Shown here: positions 52,920-64,000 of the stretch, in pieces | Layout of the letters: every line of letters starts with the position of its first letter | Position numbering within the stretch: position 1 is the first letter of the stretch | From: the human T2T-CHM13v2.0 reference genome, Homo sapiens | Length of the DNA: 64,000 bases | Direction: 5' to 3' (one strand) | NCBI RefSeq assembly: GCF_009914755.1 | Contig: NC_060927.1 | The notes under the pieces: model-generated | Told to the model about the DNA's origin: nothing | Databases searched by the model: none | What the model saw: only the letters and a program-made list of their open reading frames with translations | Position numbers and translations under genes: made by a program

Positions 52920-53339
52920 TTTCACATGCATCTGTGTGAAGAGACCACCAAACAGGCTTTGTGTGAGCAACAAGGCTGTTTATTTCACCTAGGTGCAGGC
53001 AGGCTGAGTCCGAAAAGAGAGTCAGGGAAGGGAGATAGGGGTGGGGCCATTTTATAGGATTTGGGTAGGTAAAGGAAAATTACAGTCAGAGAGGGGGGTT
53101 GTTCTCTGGCTGGCAGGGGTTGGGGGGGGTCACAAGGTGCTCAGTGGGGGAGCTTTTGAGCCAGGATGAGCCAGGAAAAGGAATTTCACAAGGTAATGTC
53201 ATCAGTTAAGGCAGGAACAGGACATTTTCACTTGTTTTGTTGTGGAATGTCATCAGTTAAGGCAGGAACCGACCATCTGGATGTGTACGTGCAGGTCACA
53301 GGGGATATGATGGTTTAGCTTTGGTTCAGAGGCCTGACA
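52920..53339 (-). repeat. HERV-H 5' LTR (LTR7 promoter)
   Basis: Homologous to 47011-47426; minus-strand TATAAA (plus tttata ~53052-53057) and AATAAA retained; duplicated TTCCTGCCTTAACTGATGACATT block. Confidence 0.95.
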
Positions 53340-54784
53340 ATTTTATTTGCAAGGTACCTTTATATTTGAATCAGTCTCTGGAAATGGTATCCTTTAGGTA
53401 ACGCAGAAGTCTCTTGTCTACCTCTGATCCCTCCTAGCACCCCAGGCTTTGTCTCTTGACTGTAGCATCTGTGGCCTAGTAGAACACAATCTCTGGACAC
53501 AGTAGCAAGTACCCAGGAAAATGTAAATTCAAGTGCTCACCTACCTCAGTGGATTTGTCTTTACTCCTCTTTTCTAGTTTCTGAATAATTAATTCCCTTA
53601 ATTTCCTACAAGTTCAGCTATGCATTAAAGTGATATTTTTCTATTTTATACAGCATTTCTAGGTGTGCTATACCAGGAATACTTTCCCTGAAAGCCCACC
53701 CTGCCATTTTGCATAAATTAGAAATCTACTTTGCCTTCCTCACTCAACACTAGGTAGGGTACATTTTTGTTGCGTGCCATTTAACATTCTGCTAAAAATT
53801 ATTTTAGTTTCTGCATTATATTGTATTGGATGGATGTACCATTATTTTGTTAGAGATATAAGGGTTTTTTCCAATTTTTCCATGTATATTTATTTTTATG
53901 CATACCTTTTTATGTGCATCTCTGGGTTCTTTAGGATTATTCCTATAAATAGAATTCCTAAGTCAAGGAGCATTAACTTTTTAATGGTCCTGTGTTCTGC
54001 TGTCACATTGCTTTACCAAAAAATGATGCCAATTAATAGTCCTGGTAGTGGTGTGTGATAGTATTTCATTTTAACTTTCTTAACATCAATATTTTTTATT
54101 TTTGTTAATAGGTAAGAAATTTTTCTGTTGTTTACATTTGTGTTCCCTAAATTACAAGTGTTAATTTATATTTCTTCTACTGTGATGTGTTTGTTTGTGT
54201 TTTTTTTTTCCAGTTTCCTTGTTTTGACATTGATTTTTCCGTGAGTGGACAGCCTGCTATGCTTGAGTCCTTTAGGTTAACAGAGTGAATGGTGGTCCTT
54301 AAGTCAATGTTTGAGCTAAATCTCAGGGCTATCACAGGAATACCTTCAGGGTCCTTAAATATCTCTCAAGCCCCTGCATATGGCAGAAACCGTGCTGACT
54401 TCTTTTTGACTTAATATCATTGCAGTAACTGAGTGAAAAAACTGAGGTTCTACTACCATTATATTACCACTGAAGAAAATGAGGCTTAGAGTCCATAAAT
54501 AACATGTTCAAGTAATTGAATGGGGATTTTGAAATCATATCTTCCTACTTAAGAGATTCCTACTTTTGATAGTCTTGAGCAGACAATTTTCCCTCTGTCT
54601 CCACAGATCAAGTAGTTGAAGTTTTGTTAGCTATGGAGTCTATATATTTGAGACTCAGGAGAGGAGTTGCAAAATGGGACAAAAAGGAAGCAAGTAAGTA
54701 GTTGCTGCAGAGTGTAAAACTTTTACATGGAATTTGCTCTTATGCTCTATAAGTAATGATAGGAAAATGAGCCCCATAGGAGAT

Positions 54785-54890
54785 GACACCACTGTGTATG
54801 GCCATGCAGGTTGTACATACTTGAGGGGGAGCCATCCACATCCAGTATGGTGTGAATGGCATCTTTGGGAATTGTGCAGAGCTACACTGG
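54785..54890. mobile_element. MER91-like hAT fragment
   Basis: gcaggttgtaca...gggggagccatccacat...tgtgaatggcatc...gaattgtgcag with internal dyad. Confidence 0.5.
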
Positions 54891-56917
54891 CATAATCAGA
54901 TCCAGTAACTTCTTCATATTGATTTAATTTTTATAATCACAAGTAGTTTTCAGACACAGGTCAGTATAAACTAGAAATAGAATAAATGATGTCAGAATGA
55001 AAACCTTCTGAACTTGCTTTGTTTTTAATCATCAAAACAATTAATACAATAATGTAATGCATCAAGGGTCATTGTCCCAGAAAGCATGAAATAATATTAA
55101 GGACAAGAAATTTAAAGCAAGATTGTACCTATAAAAATACAGGTACAACACTCTATGTTGGTGTGTATAAAGACCTCTCATGCACCAAAAAAGAGTAAGA
55201 CATTTTATTGCAAATGCCGGGCAAATACAGTACAGACTCCCTAGCATTTTTAACACAGGTAACAGAGTTACCTGGTGAGCCAGTGAATAGTAAAATACTC
55301 AAACGGATAAATGGGAAAGTGGCCATGGGGTTAGACATGAACATTTTATAGGAAGAAGGGATTTTAGAAAGTGCCCTGTCCTGTATTTGGCAGCTGTGAT
55401 TACTTAGTCAAAGTTACTCAGCATGAATGTAGGGGAAGAAATAGAGGTTTCTGCAGACGACCCTAATTGAGATTACCGGCTGAGGTTCTCTTAGGTTGCT
55501 GAAAATAGGAGACAGGATTATCCAGGTATCATCGTGTTTGGCTTTCAGTTAACCTGCTTTGCTCCCACTTCACCTGAATTTCTAAATATCTCCATAGTCA
55601 GTGTTTTACACACCTCAGTCAATAGGTTTTAGGTTGCCATTTCTTTTCAGGGAAGAAATGTATTATAGTACTAGAAAGAACACTATATTCAGAGCCAGAA
55701 GATTAGAGTTGAGCTCTTTCATGAGCAAACCAGCTGTTTCTTCATCTGTAGCATTTAGGCTTTGAATTAATTGATGACTAATACGATTTTCTTGTTTAAA
55801 ACACTATATCTATACATACTTTTTAAATGAGTATTCTCTTGAATTGTGACTTGTGTGAATTTTTTAAAGAAATATCAAAAAGGCTTTTACATAAGCTCAA
55901 AGTAGAAAAATCAGCACACACACAAATGTATACATACTTATTTCTGATGTTATCCCTAAACATTCTTTTACATATCCTGTAAATGGCTATTACATTTGGA
56001 ATAGTAAATGAAATGGTTTCTTATCTAAGCCAAAGAGCTAAAGGCTGTGTCTTGCACATACAGAGCAATTTCATAATCAGAGGTCTTTATCAGGACTGGC
56101 AAAACTGGTACAGAAAATGCAAGAAATTTCCTTTTCTTTGGAATAAGCTTAGATAATTACCTCCTGCTAAAGTGCTAAAGCAATTATTTTCTTGCTCATG
56201 CAAACACGGATTGTTCAAGGTTTGTTCCTGTCTTAGAGTTACAGAAAAAGCAAATTAATGGGCAATTCTGATACTATTGAACAAATTCAGGGGCTATCCC
56301 TGAGGATGCGGTCTGAAGCCTTCATTATTACATTTGGGATCTTCACTAGTGTGTGCATGTCCCATAGAGCCTCTGGATGCAGTTTTGCAAATTTCAGGTA
56401 TAGCTGTAGTTTGTCAAATAGCTATTAGTTTCTATTTAGAAGCAAGCTGAGTTTAACTTTACATTCTTTTTGCTTATTTTTCCTCCACTAGCTCTGGCAA
56501 CCTCGTTTGGGGCTATACTGACTAAACTTTTGAAATAATATTTCCTAGAACAGCAAATACAGGATTTGAATTTTTCAAAAGAAAGTTCAGGAAGCAAACA
56601 AAAATAAAAATGGACATGTTTTAGCATTGATTTCTGAATATTACTTAAAGGTCACACTTTCTCCCTTTCCTCTGCCTCAAAGTAATTTGAGATAAACTTC
56701 CTGGATATCTATTCTGAGTTAGATTTGGATAGGTAGGGCTTCTAGGTCTGGGGAAATTATGTCAGATCCTTCTTTACAATTCTACTTCTGGGTCTGCCTC
56801 TCCTACTCCAAGGAACGTATCTACATGTACACCTTCTTTGAAAGCATCCTAGGCCTGGCCTGTTGGTCCTGTACTGTCCCCTGTCATGTTTCCTTCACTG
56901 GATTTTAGGTAGTGAAC

Positions 56918-57120
56918 AGTGCTGTGCTTGTAAACTAGCTCTCAAAAACAAAAAATAATACTGATATGTAGCCTTTGTGAACTTCCATGTATAAATACTC
57001 CTACTCTGGTCATTTTCACTTTCAAGTTATCAACATGAGGTCACTGTAGATGGAGGTGGGAAGAGAGGTACACAGTCAGCTCTCAGAAACTAGTAAGAGC
57101 TGGTTCCAGCACATCATATG
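56918..57120. mobile_element. MER63A-like hAT-Blackjack element
   Basis: TIR-like cagtgctgtgcttg / ccagcacatcat; internal ttccatgtataaatactcctac...gggaagagag. Confidence 0.7.
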
Positions 57121-57581
57121 TATCCTTCTTGGCAGAAACCTCTGGCTTCAGTCTTAGATGTCTCTATCCACTGCCCCTAATCTATTTCTGTTTGTCTTTA
57201 ATTTTATGAATTATATTTATAAGTGTACTGAATCCTCTTTTGGTTGGCTATTTAGTTCCAAGTCAGATTCTACAGTTGGCATAGTCACTAGGTTCCTCTG
57301 ATTATGGACACCAGCTTTCTCATGTGCCTGTTTATATCACATCAGCTGTAGTCACCAGCATAATGTAGGCCTGGTATTCCTTCTTGTTCCTAAGCACATG
57401 GCTATCTGCTAAATTTTTACGTTATATCTCAGAAAAGCCACCTGTTTTAAGCTCACTCTCAGGACAGACAATAGACAGATCCTGATCTTCATCCATGCTG
57501 AGGCCTTGATCCATTCAGAATATAAACTTCATCCATTTATTTGATGACTGAATCCTTCAGGAGCTGAAGGGCAAGGGAGGT

Positions 57582-58045
57582 TGTATTAATCAGTGCTCTC
57601 CAGATAAATAGAACCAACCAAAGACTAGATATACAGAGTAGATCAATAGATAGACAGATAGAAATAGATACATTTATTATAAGAAATTGGCTTATGTGAC
57701 TATGGAGGCTAAGGTCCGCAGTCTGAAAGCATGAGAACCAGGAGAGTCAATGACATATATTTCAGTTCCAGTCTAAAGGCAGTAGAAAACTGATGCTCAA
57801 AGGCACGCAAGCAGAGAGGAAATTCTTTCTTTCTCAGCAATTTTTTTTCTTTTTCTATTCAGGCCTTCAACAGATTGAATGAGGCCAGCCCACCTTTGGC
57901 AGGGCAATCTACTTTAATCAGTCTACTGGTTCAAATGTTAATCTTATCCAGAAACATCCTCACAGACACACCCAGAATAATGTTTAACCAAATATCTGGG
58001 CATTCCATGTCCCAGTCAAGTTGACACATAAAATTAATAATCACA
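57582..58045 (-). mobile_element. MLT2B-like ERVL solo LTR
   Basis: tgtattaatcagtgctctccaga...(gata)n...ttcaggccttcaacagattgaatgaggcc...aagttgacacataaaattaataatcaca. Confidence 0.85.
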
Positions 58046-58995
58046 GAGTGTGATCTTGAGAATCTCATGCTTGTGATTTTACAGTATTAAAATTATATTG
58101 AGCATTATGAAAACATAACAGATGTCATATAGATGGATGTTTTACTTTTGCCATGCTAGAGGAGTGGAGTGAGAGCTCTTGTGGAGAACAGGTTCAGATT
58201 TTGACCCCACAAAAACAGTTGTCTTCAAGCGTAAATAGGTTTAATGTGTTCCGATGTATGTGTATTACTTTATATTGATTGTTTTCAGATATGTCTTTAC
58301 ACTGATGAGTATCAGGTGTGCCACACATAGCCTATCACTGGGATATAGACTTCCATATAGTACTGAGGGGGACTCATTCGGGTCCCCAGGGGCTTTTCTG
58401 TTTCCATGGATATGTAGACATCTTCAGCTACTAACTCTCTTTTTCACATCCTCTTGCTGCAGGTCCATACCCATATCCTTATTCCTGGGTTAGCCATTCA
58501 TTTGCTTCACATTATATTGAATGCATTCAATTAAGTAGATATTAAGATGACTTTTAGGCTTTCTGAGGAAGGATCAATAGCCGTCTCCTACCCAACCAAG
58601 CTTAGCTGCATTTTGTCAATGGCATATTGAAAAAAAATAATTACACTGTTTTTTACTGTCTACAACCTTCAGGTAGTGGATAGAATGCTGGGCTTGTAGC
58701 TAACAGCAGCAGCAACAATAACAAAAGTGGCACCCTTCTCAGTTTCACTATCCCATCACCATGTGGTCTTGTTCAGGCCACTGAACTCTGAACCTTGTTC
58801 TCTCAATAGAAAATGAGGAGGCTGAGCTTGAACTTGGAGAGCTAAGCACTTTCTTGTTGCATCTCTGAATGGAAGCTTGCATAGCAGGGCTTTTCAGGTA
58901 AAGATGAAACAGGGGTGGGAGTGGGTAGGATGTGGCTGGTTAGAAAGTAGAAAGTGATTTTTGAGATGATACTTCCTGACAGTCACCCACACAGA

Positions 58996-59185
58996 TAGGA
59001 TTGCCAGATTTAACACATAAAATTATAGAATGACCATTTAAATTTGAATTTTAGATAAACAATGAATAATCTTTAGTATAAGTATGTCCCAAGCAATATC
59101 AGAGACACATTTATATCAAAACTATACATTATTTACCTGAAATTCATATTTAACTTAGTATCCTGTACTTTATCTGGCAACCCTA
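58996..59185. mobile_element. MER53 palindromic hAT MITE
   Basis: TIRs taggattgccagat / atctggcaacccta; the whole element is an imperfect palindrome. Confidence 0.88.
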
Positions 59186-60099
59186 AATAACAGTAGATAA
59201 CCTATTCTATCTCAACAGGTTGAGCTGAGCAAGTAGGGCATCTTAGTGAAAAATAGAACATCAGTTTATAAAGACAGAGGCTGGGTAGTTTGCTACCCAT
59301 GCAGCATGGGATAAAAAAGGTGTTAGTTTTTCTTTTTTTGCACAGGTTGCAATATCACTTCTATGATTTAAAAAATTGTGTGACATTTTAATACTGACAT
59401 AAGAAGTCATCAGGTGAATCCTTGAATAGACCTGAAGATGCTACATAGAGTTATAGATATAAAAGTTAGGTTACCAGAAGAAGAAAAAGAAGAAAGAGAA
59501 GCCTGTGAGGCTTTTTATTTAAGACAGAAAAATGCTAAAATTGTGTCTGGCTTAGGAGTGGAGTTGAATAACTTTGTAGTTTGTGTATTAAAATGGATAA
59601 ATAAAACTAATAGAAGAATTTTAAAGTTTTAGTAGTAATAAGTGTGACATTTAATTAGGGTGCTGTTCTCAGTATGTTTTAATCTTCAGCTGCTTGAAAA
59701 AATGATGGTCATGCACCATTTAGTAGGTGAAGCCTATGAACTAGAGAACATAAGCCATATACTGGTGTATTGCAACTGCTGACATTTCCCTCGTCAACCC
59801 ATGGGTCCAGTGGGCCTTATTACTGATGGCAAGGAAGAGATGCCTAAACTCTTGACTTGCCTGGGTACAAAAGTACAACTTACTTGCCTGGGTAATGCAC
59901 ATCCAGGGTCCATATACACCTGTCTGCCCCATATGCTGAGAGATTATCACATATTTTAATTCTCTCATTTTGAATGAATATTCTCACTTATCTAAGGAGG
60001 ACACACATGTTCCCTTCTCTTCCACATTTCTTTGAAAATGAACCATGCATAATGTATAAACTCTTGGATAACAAATACCTGTTTGTGGGATGACTGCGT

Positions 60100-61900
60100 T
60101 TTCATTCATTTGAAACTGTTTACTTAGCACTTACTTCAGCCTTGTCATGATGCTAGTGAAAGGAAAAAAAAATTCAACTTAATACAATCTCATGATGCAG
60201 TATATATGTTAATTAAGAGAGAAAGCACAGGGCACTGAAGGACTACTGTGGAGAGCAACCAACCTACGGCGGGGGATGCAGCAGAAAGGTTTCCTGTGGT
60301 GGCAATCTCTGAATTAAGACTGGGGAAATAGTTGGAGAATTACACAGAGGAAGAGGGCAGGCTGAGTAGGCAGACACTAGCATTCTAGATAGAGTTATCA
60401 ACATGTGCTAAGGTTTGAGAAGAAAGAGAACACAGCACTTACAGGGGATTTCAAGGAGTTCAACTACCTGGGATAGTGGGCAAAAAAAGCCAGCAGTGGC
60501 AAGGGATGAGAAGCAGGGGGAATAGACTGTGATGGAATTGAATGTCATGCTCAGGAGGTTAGAAATTCCTGCGTATGGTAGGAAGATATTGGAGTACTTA
60601 CAAAGATTTGTGTTTTAAAATGATCACTCTGGGCCAGGCGGGGTGGCTCACGGCTGTAATCCCAGCACTTTGGGAGGCTGAGGCAGGTGGATCACGAGGT
60701 CAGATGTTCAAGACCAGCCTGGCCAACATTGTGAAACCCCGTCTCTACTAAAAATACAAAAAATTAGCCAGGCATGGTGGCAGGCGCCTATAATCCTAGC
60801 TACTCAGAGGCCGAGGCAGGAGAATTGCTTGAACCTGGGTGGTGGAGGTTGCAGTGAGCCGAGATCACACCACTGCACACCAGACTGGATGACAGTGCGA
60901 GACTCCATATCAAAAAAAAAAAAAAAAAAAGATAACTCTGGCTGCAGTGTTCAGTATGGAAGGAGGGCCACATTGGAGGCAGGGAGACAAGCTTAAAAGC
61001 TGTGCCAATAATCTAGGAGAGTGATTATGGTTGCACGAATTTGGCAAGCAGTAGTGGGCATAGAGAGAAATGGACAGATTCATGGTTTACTGAGAAGAAA
61101 AATTATACAATTTTGTGTTTAATGTAAAATGATTTTAGAAAAATAAAAATAATATCTCTATACTATAGATCTCAATTTGTACATACATATGTACATATTT
61201 GCATCTTGAGAAACTGGGAGAATTTGGGATGTAATTTACCAAGCCAGAGAAATTCACAGAGAACCATGAGAGAATAGATGGGTTTGCAACAGGCCAGATG
61301 AGTACCTGATGAGTTATGCTTTCATCATATGAATTTTAGGACTTTATTACATGCCTCAGTTAAAAAAATCTCATGAACAGTTGTATATATGGGTCTGAGT
61401 TTCAGCAGAGACATCTAGGCTATATAATTCTGGAGGTTATCAGCATATAGGTGGTAAGTGAGTCTTGGAAGTGGATTGAATCATCCACGGAAAATGTTTA
61501 ACATTAAGAAGAGAAGCACGCTAAGAGTGGAGCTTCTGCCTGTCTGCCTTAAAAGAATAGGCAGAGCCGCTTGATTGGAGACCAAGAAAGAGCATGGAAC
61601 ACTGAGGGAAGAAAATCAGGAGAGCGTAGTGTCATAGAAGACACCAAGAGGGAGAATTTTAACAAAGAAGAGAGACAAATCAAAAATATCATGTGGACTT
61701 GAAAGATCAAGAATAGAATTAAGAAGCATTTTATTGGATTCAATAAAAGGAGATCTTGGTGGCTGGATACAGGCAGTTTTAGTAGTTTGGGGATGGTGTG
61801 AGATGCAAGAAATTGACAAATGTGTGGGAGGAGAGTAAGTGGAAGTAACTAGTACAGGAAAGGTCAAGAACATTCATTTTAATATCCGTAAGACTTGGAT
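60100..61900 (-). mobile_element. L2 fragments, interrupted by Alu
   Basis: cattcattt...tttacttagcactta; ttttaaaatgatcactctggctgcagtg; ggaggttatcagcatataggtggta. Confidence 0.7.
60632..60930 (+). mobile_element. AluSg-like Alu
   Basis: ggatcacgaggtcag...ttcaagaccagcc; poly(A); TSD gatcactctgg / gataactctgg. Confidence 0.95.
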
Positions 61901-63151
61901 AGGGTAAGTGCTGGTGGGAAGAAAACAGTAAGCAGAAGAGTGTTAAAGAAGCAGGAAGGGAAGGGCATGAGTGTGAGACCAAGTCCTCTGAGGAAGGGAG
62001 AGCTGTGGTCCCAGACAAAGGTGGGGCCAGCACCTCTCAGGAAAAATAGTGCAGTTTAAGGCGCTCTCTCTCTGAATAGGAGAGGCCTAGTGTTGAGAAT
62101 GACAGATTAGGAGATGGAGTGGGAGGTGTGAGGAAAGGGAGAACATTTGAAATTGCCAATTTGAGACTGGGAGAGAGGGCTGCCTAGAGAAACACAGGAA
62201 GTTTGCCAGGCATTTGTGAGTGCCCAGTAAATGTGGGAGCCATAAACTGGAATTGAAATCAATCCAAGCAGTTGTGTGATTTTCTCCATTAGAGCCCAGA
62301 AGCACTGATGTAGGGGCTAAGAACACAGGCAGTGAAATTTATCTAATGCTGGGGTGTGGCAGGCAGTGTGACAAATGGCAAAGCGTTCCTGGCCAGACAG
62401 GCAGATTTGAGGGGACACAGGGAAGAGGAACTTCACATACTCAAATGAGGACTGAGGACTAAAAGACATGGAGAACTGAGAACAAAGGATTGAGGGCCGT
62501 GGGAATTGAGGCACATGGAGAAGAGGACCTTCACGTCTTAAAACACTCACTTAGGAATTGTGGTTTGCAAAGACAGGTGTATGCCAAGACTTTCTTAAGA
62601 AATTTGTAAAACTAGGAATAAACTAGTTATAAATTATGACGATCCATCTTGTTTGAAACATTACATGACTGTAGAAAAATGGTGGACTCCTACATAAAAA
62701 TGAAAATTCCATAATGTCCAAGGGAATTTATTATACATAAACATCTTTTAGGAGGATACAGTTGTAGCATTTTCATAACAAAGGGGTGCATATTTCAAGA
62801 AATGGGAAATGGAGTTTTAAAGTTTATACAAAATAAATACTGAAAGTCAGCAAACAAATTATAAATCATATGTAACTTGAATTTTATCATCTACAGATTT
62901 TAGTTGTGAGCATAAATATTTATTGGGACGTATGGAGTTGGACAAAAATAGGGTTACATATGGCACATGAAAAATAGGAAAGAAGCATATTGACAATATT
63001 AAAATATATTAATAGCAATCCACCTCTGAAACAGTTTCACTAAAGTCACAATTATGCCTATTCCAGGTTACTATTAAATCTCTTGTACAGGAACAGTATA
63101 GAAGTCTTAGTTGGGGTGTATAATTACTATTAAAAATATTTCAACTGTTAA

Positions 63152-63748
63152 TTTTTTATTATACTTTAAGTTCTGGGATACATGGGCAAAATGTACAGGT
63201 TTGTTACATAGGTACACATGTGCCATGGTGGTTTGCTGCACCCATCAACCCGTCATCTACATTAGGTATTTCTGCTAATGCTATCCCTTCCCTTACCCCC
63301 TACCTACTGACAGGCCCCGGTGTGTGATGTTCCCCTCCCTGTGTGCATATGTTCTCATTGTTCAACTCCCACTTATGAGTAAGAACATAAGGTGTTTTGT
63401 TTTCTGTTCCTGTGTTAGTTTGCTAAGAATGATGGTTTCCAGCTTCATCCATGTCCTGCAAAGAGATGAATGAATTATTTTTTATAGCTGCATGGTATTC
63501 CATGGTGTATATGTGCCACATTTTCTTTATCCAGTCTAACATCGATGGGCATTTGGGTTCGTTCCAAGTCTTTGCTATTGTGAATAGTGCTGCAGTAAAC
63601 ATATGTGTAGATGTGTCTTTATAGCAGAATGATTTATAATCCTTTGGGTATATACCCAGTAGTGGGATTGCTGGGTCAAATGGTACTTCTCATTTTAGAT
63701 CCTTGAGGAATTCCACACTGTCTTCCACAATGGTTGAATTAATTTACA
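63152..63748 (-). mobile_element. 5'-truncated L1PA (L1PA7/8-like)
   Basis: ttattatactttaagttctgggatacatg... antisense 3'UTR; TSD tcaactgttaattttt / tcaactgttagttttt. Confidence 0.94.
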
Positions 63749-64000
63749 TCAACTGTTAGTTTTTAAAAGTAGAGGATCTACATTGCTTAAATCTGAGAGC
63801 ATCACTAGGACAAGCCACTCATATTATAATGGGCTACTTTTGACATTTCCACTTAGTTTTCCCTTCATATTGCAGAAAACATTGTTTTCACACATTTAGA
63901 ATGTTTGTAGGACAAAAAAGTGAAATATAGCTTGCCAGTCATTCAAACCATAAATGTAAATCTAGCTGAATTATATTTTAATTCAAATTGCTATTGAATG

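Larger units (their letters stand above)
47011..53339 (-). mobile_element. HERV-H provirus with two LTR7-family LTRs (6329 bp; deleted pol/env type)
   Basis: Perfect 5-bp TSD ATTTT (47006-47010, 53340-53344); two homologous LTRs; tRNA-His PBS; polypurine tract; gag/pro/pol remnants. Confidence 0.96.

Overview
Primate (very probably human) genomic DNA, not prokaryotic: AT-rich, CpG-depleted and dominated by interspersed repeats. The only host gene I can support is SPATA16 (spermatogenesis-associated 16; testis TPR protein linked to globozoospermia) on the minus strand. Its non-coding first exon and small CpG-rich promoter lie at ~32.9-33.1 kb, and its 630-nt ATG-bearing exon 2 at 8911-9540 encodes residues 1-204. 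Upstream of the promoter are a three-level nest (old L1 > Tigger1 > rearranged L1MA), a four-level nest (L1 > MER5 > MLT1 > AluJ) and a two-LTR HERV-H/LTR7 provirus (47011-53339, minus, ATTTT target duplication) pointing toward SPATA16. Most short ORFs in the track are repeat-derived or random. I cannot demonstrate a new biological system. The two best hypotheses are: (1) exon 2 is flanked by inverted Alus and, if back-spliced, would form a 630-nt circle with a stop-free endless ORF; (2) the HERV-H leader donor could splice in frame into SPATA16 exon 2. Repeat family calls come from my recall of consensus sequences, not from a database run.
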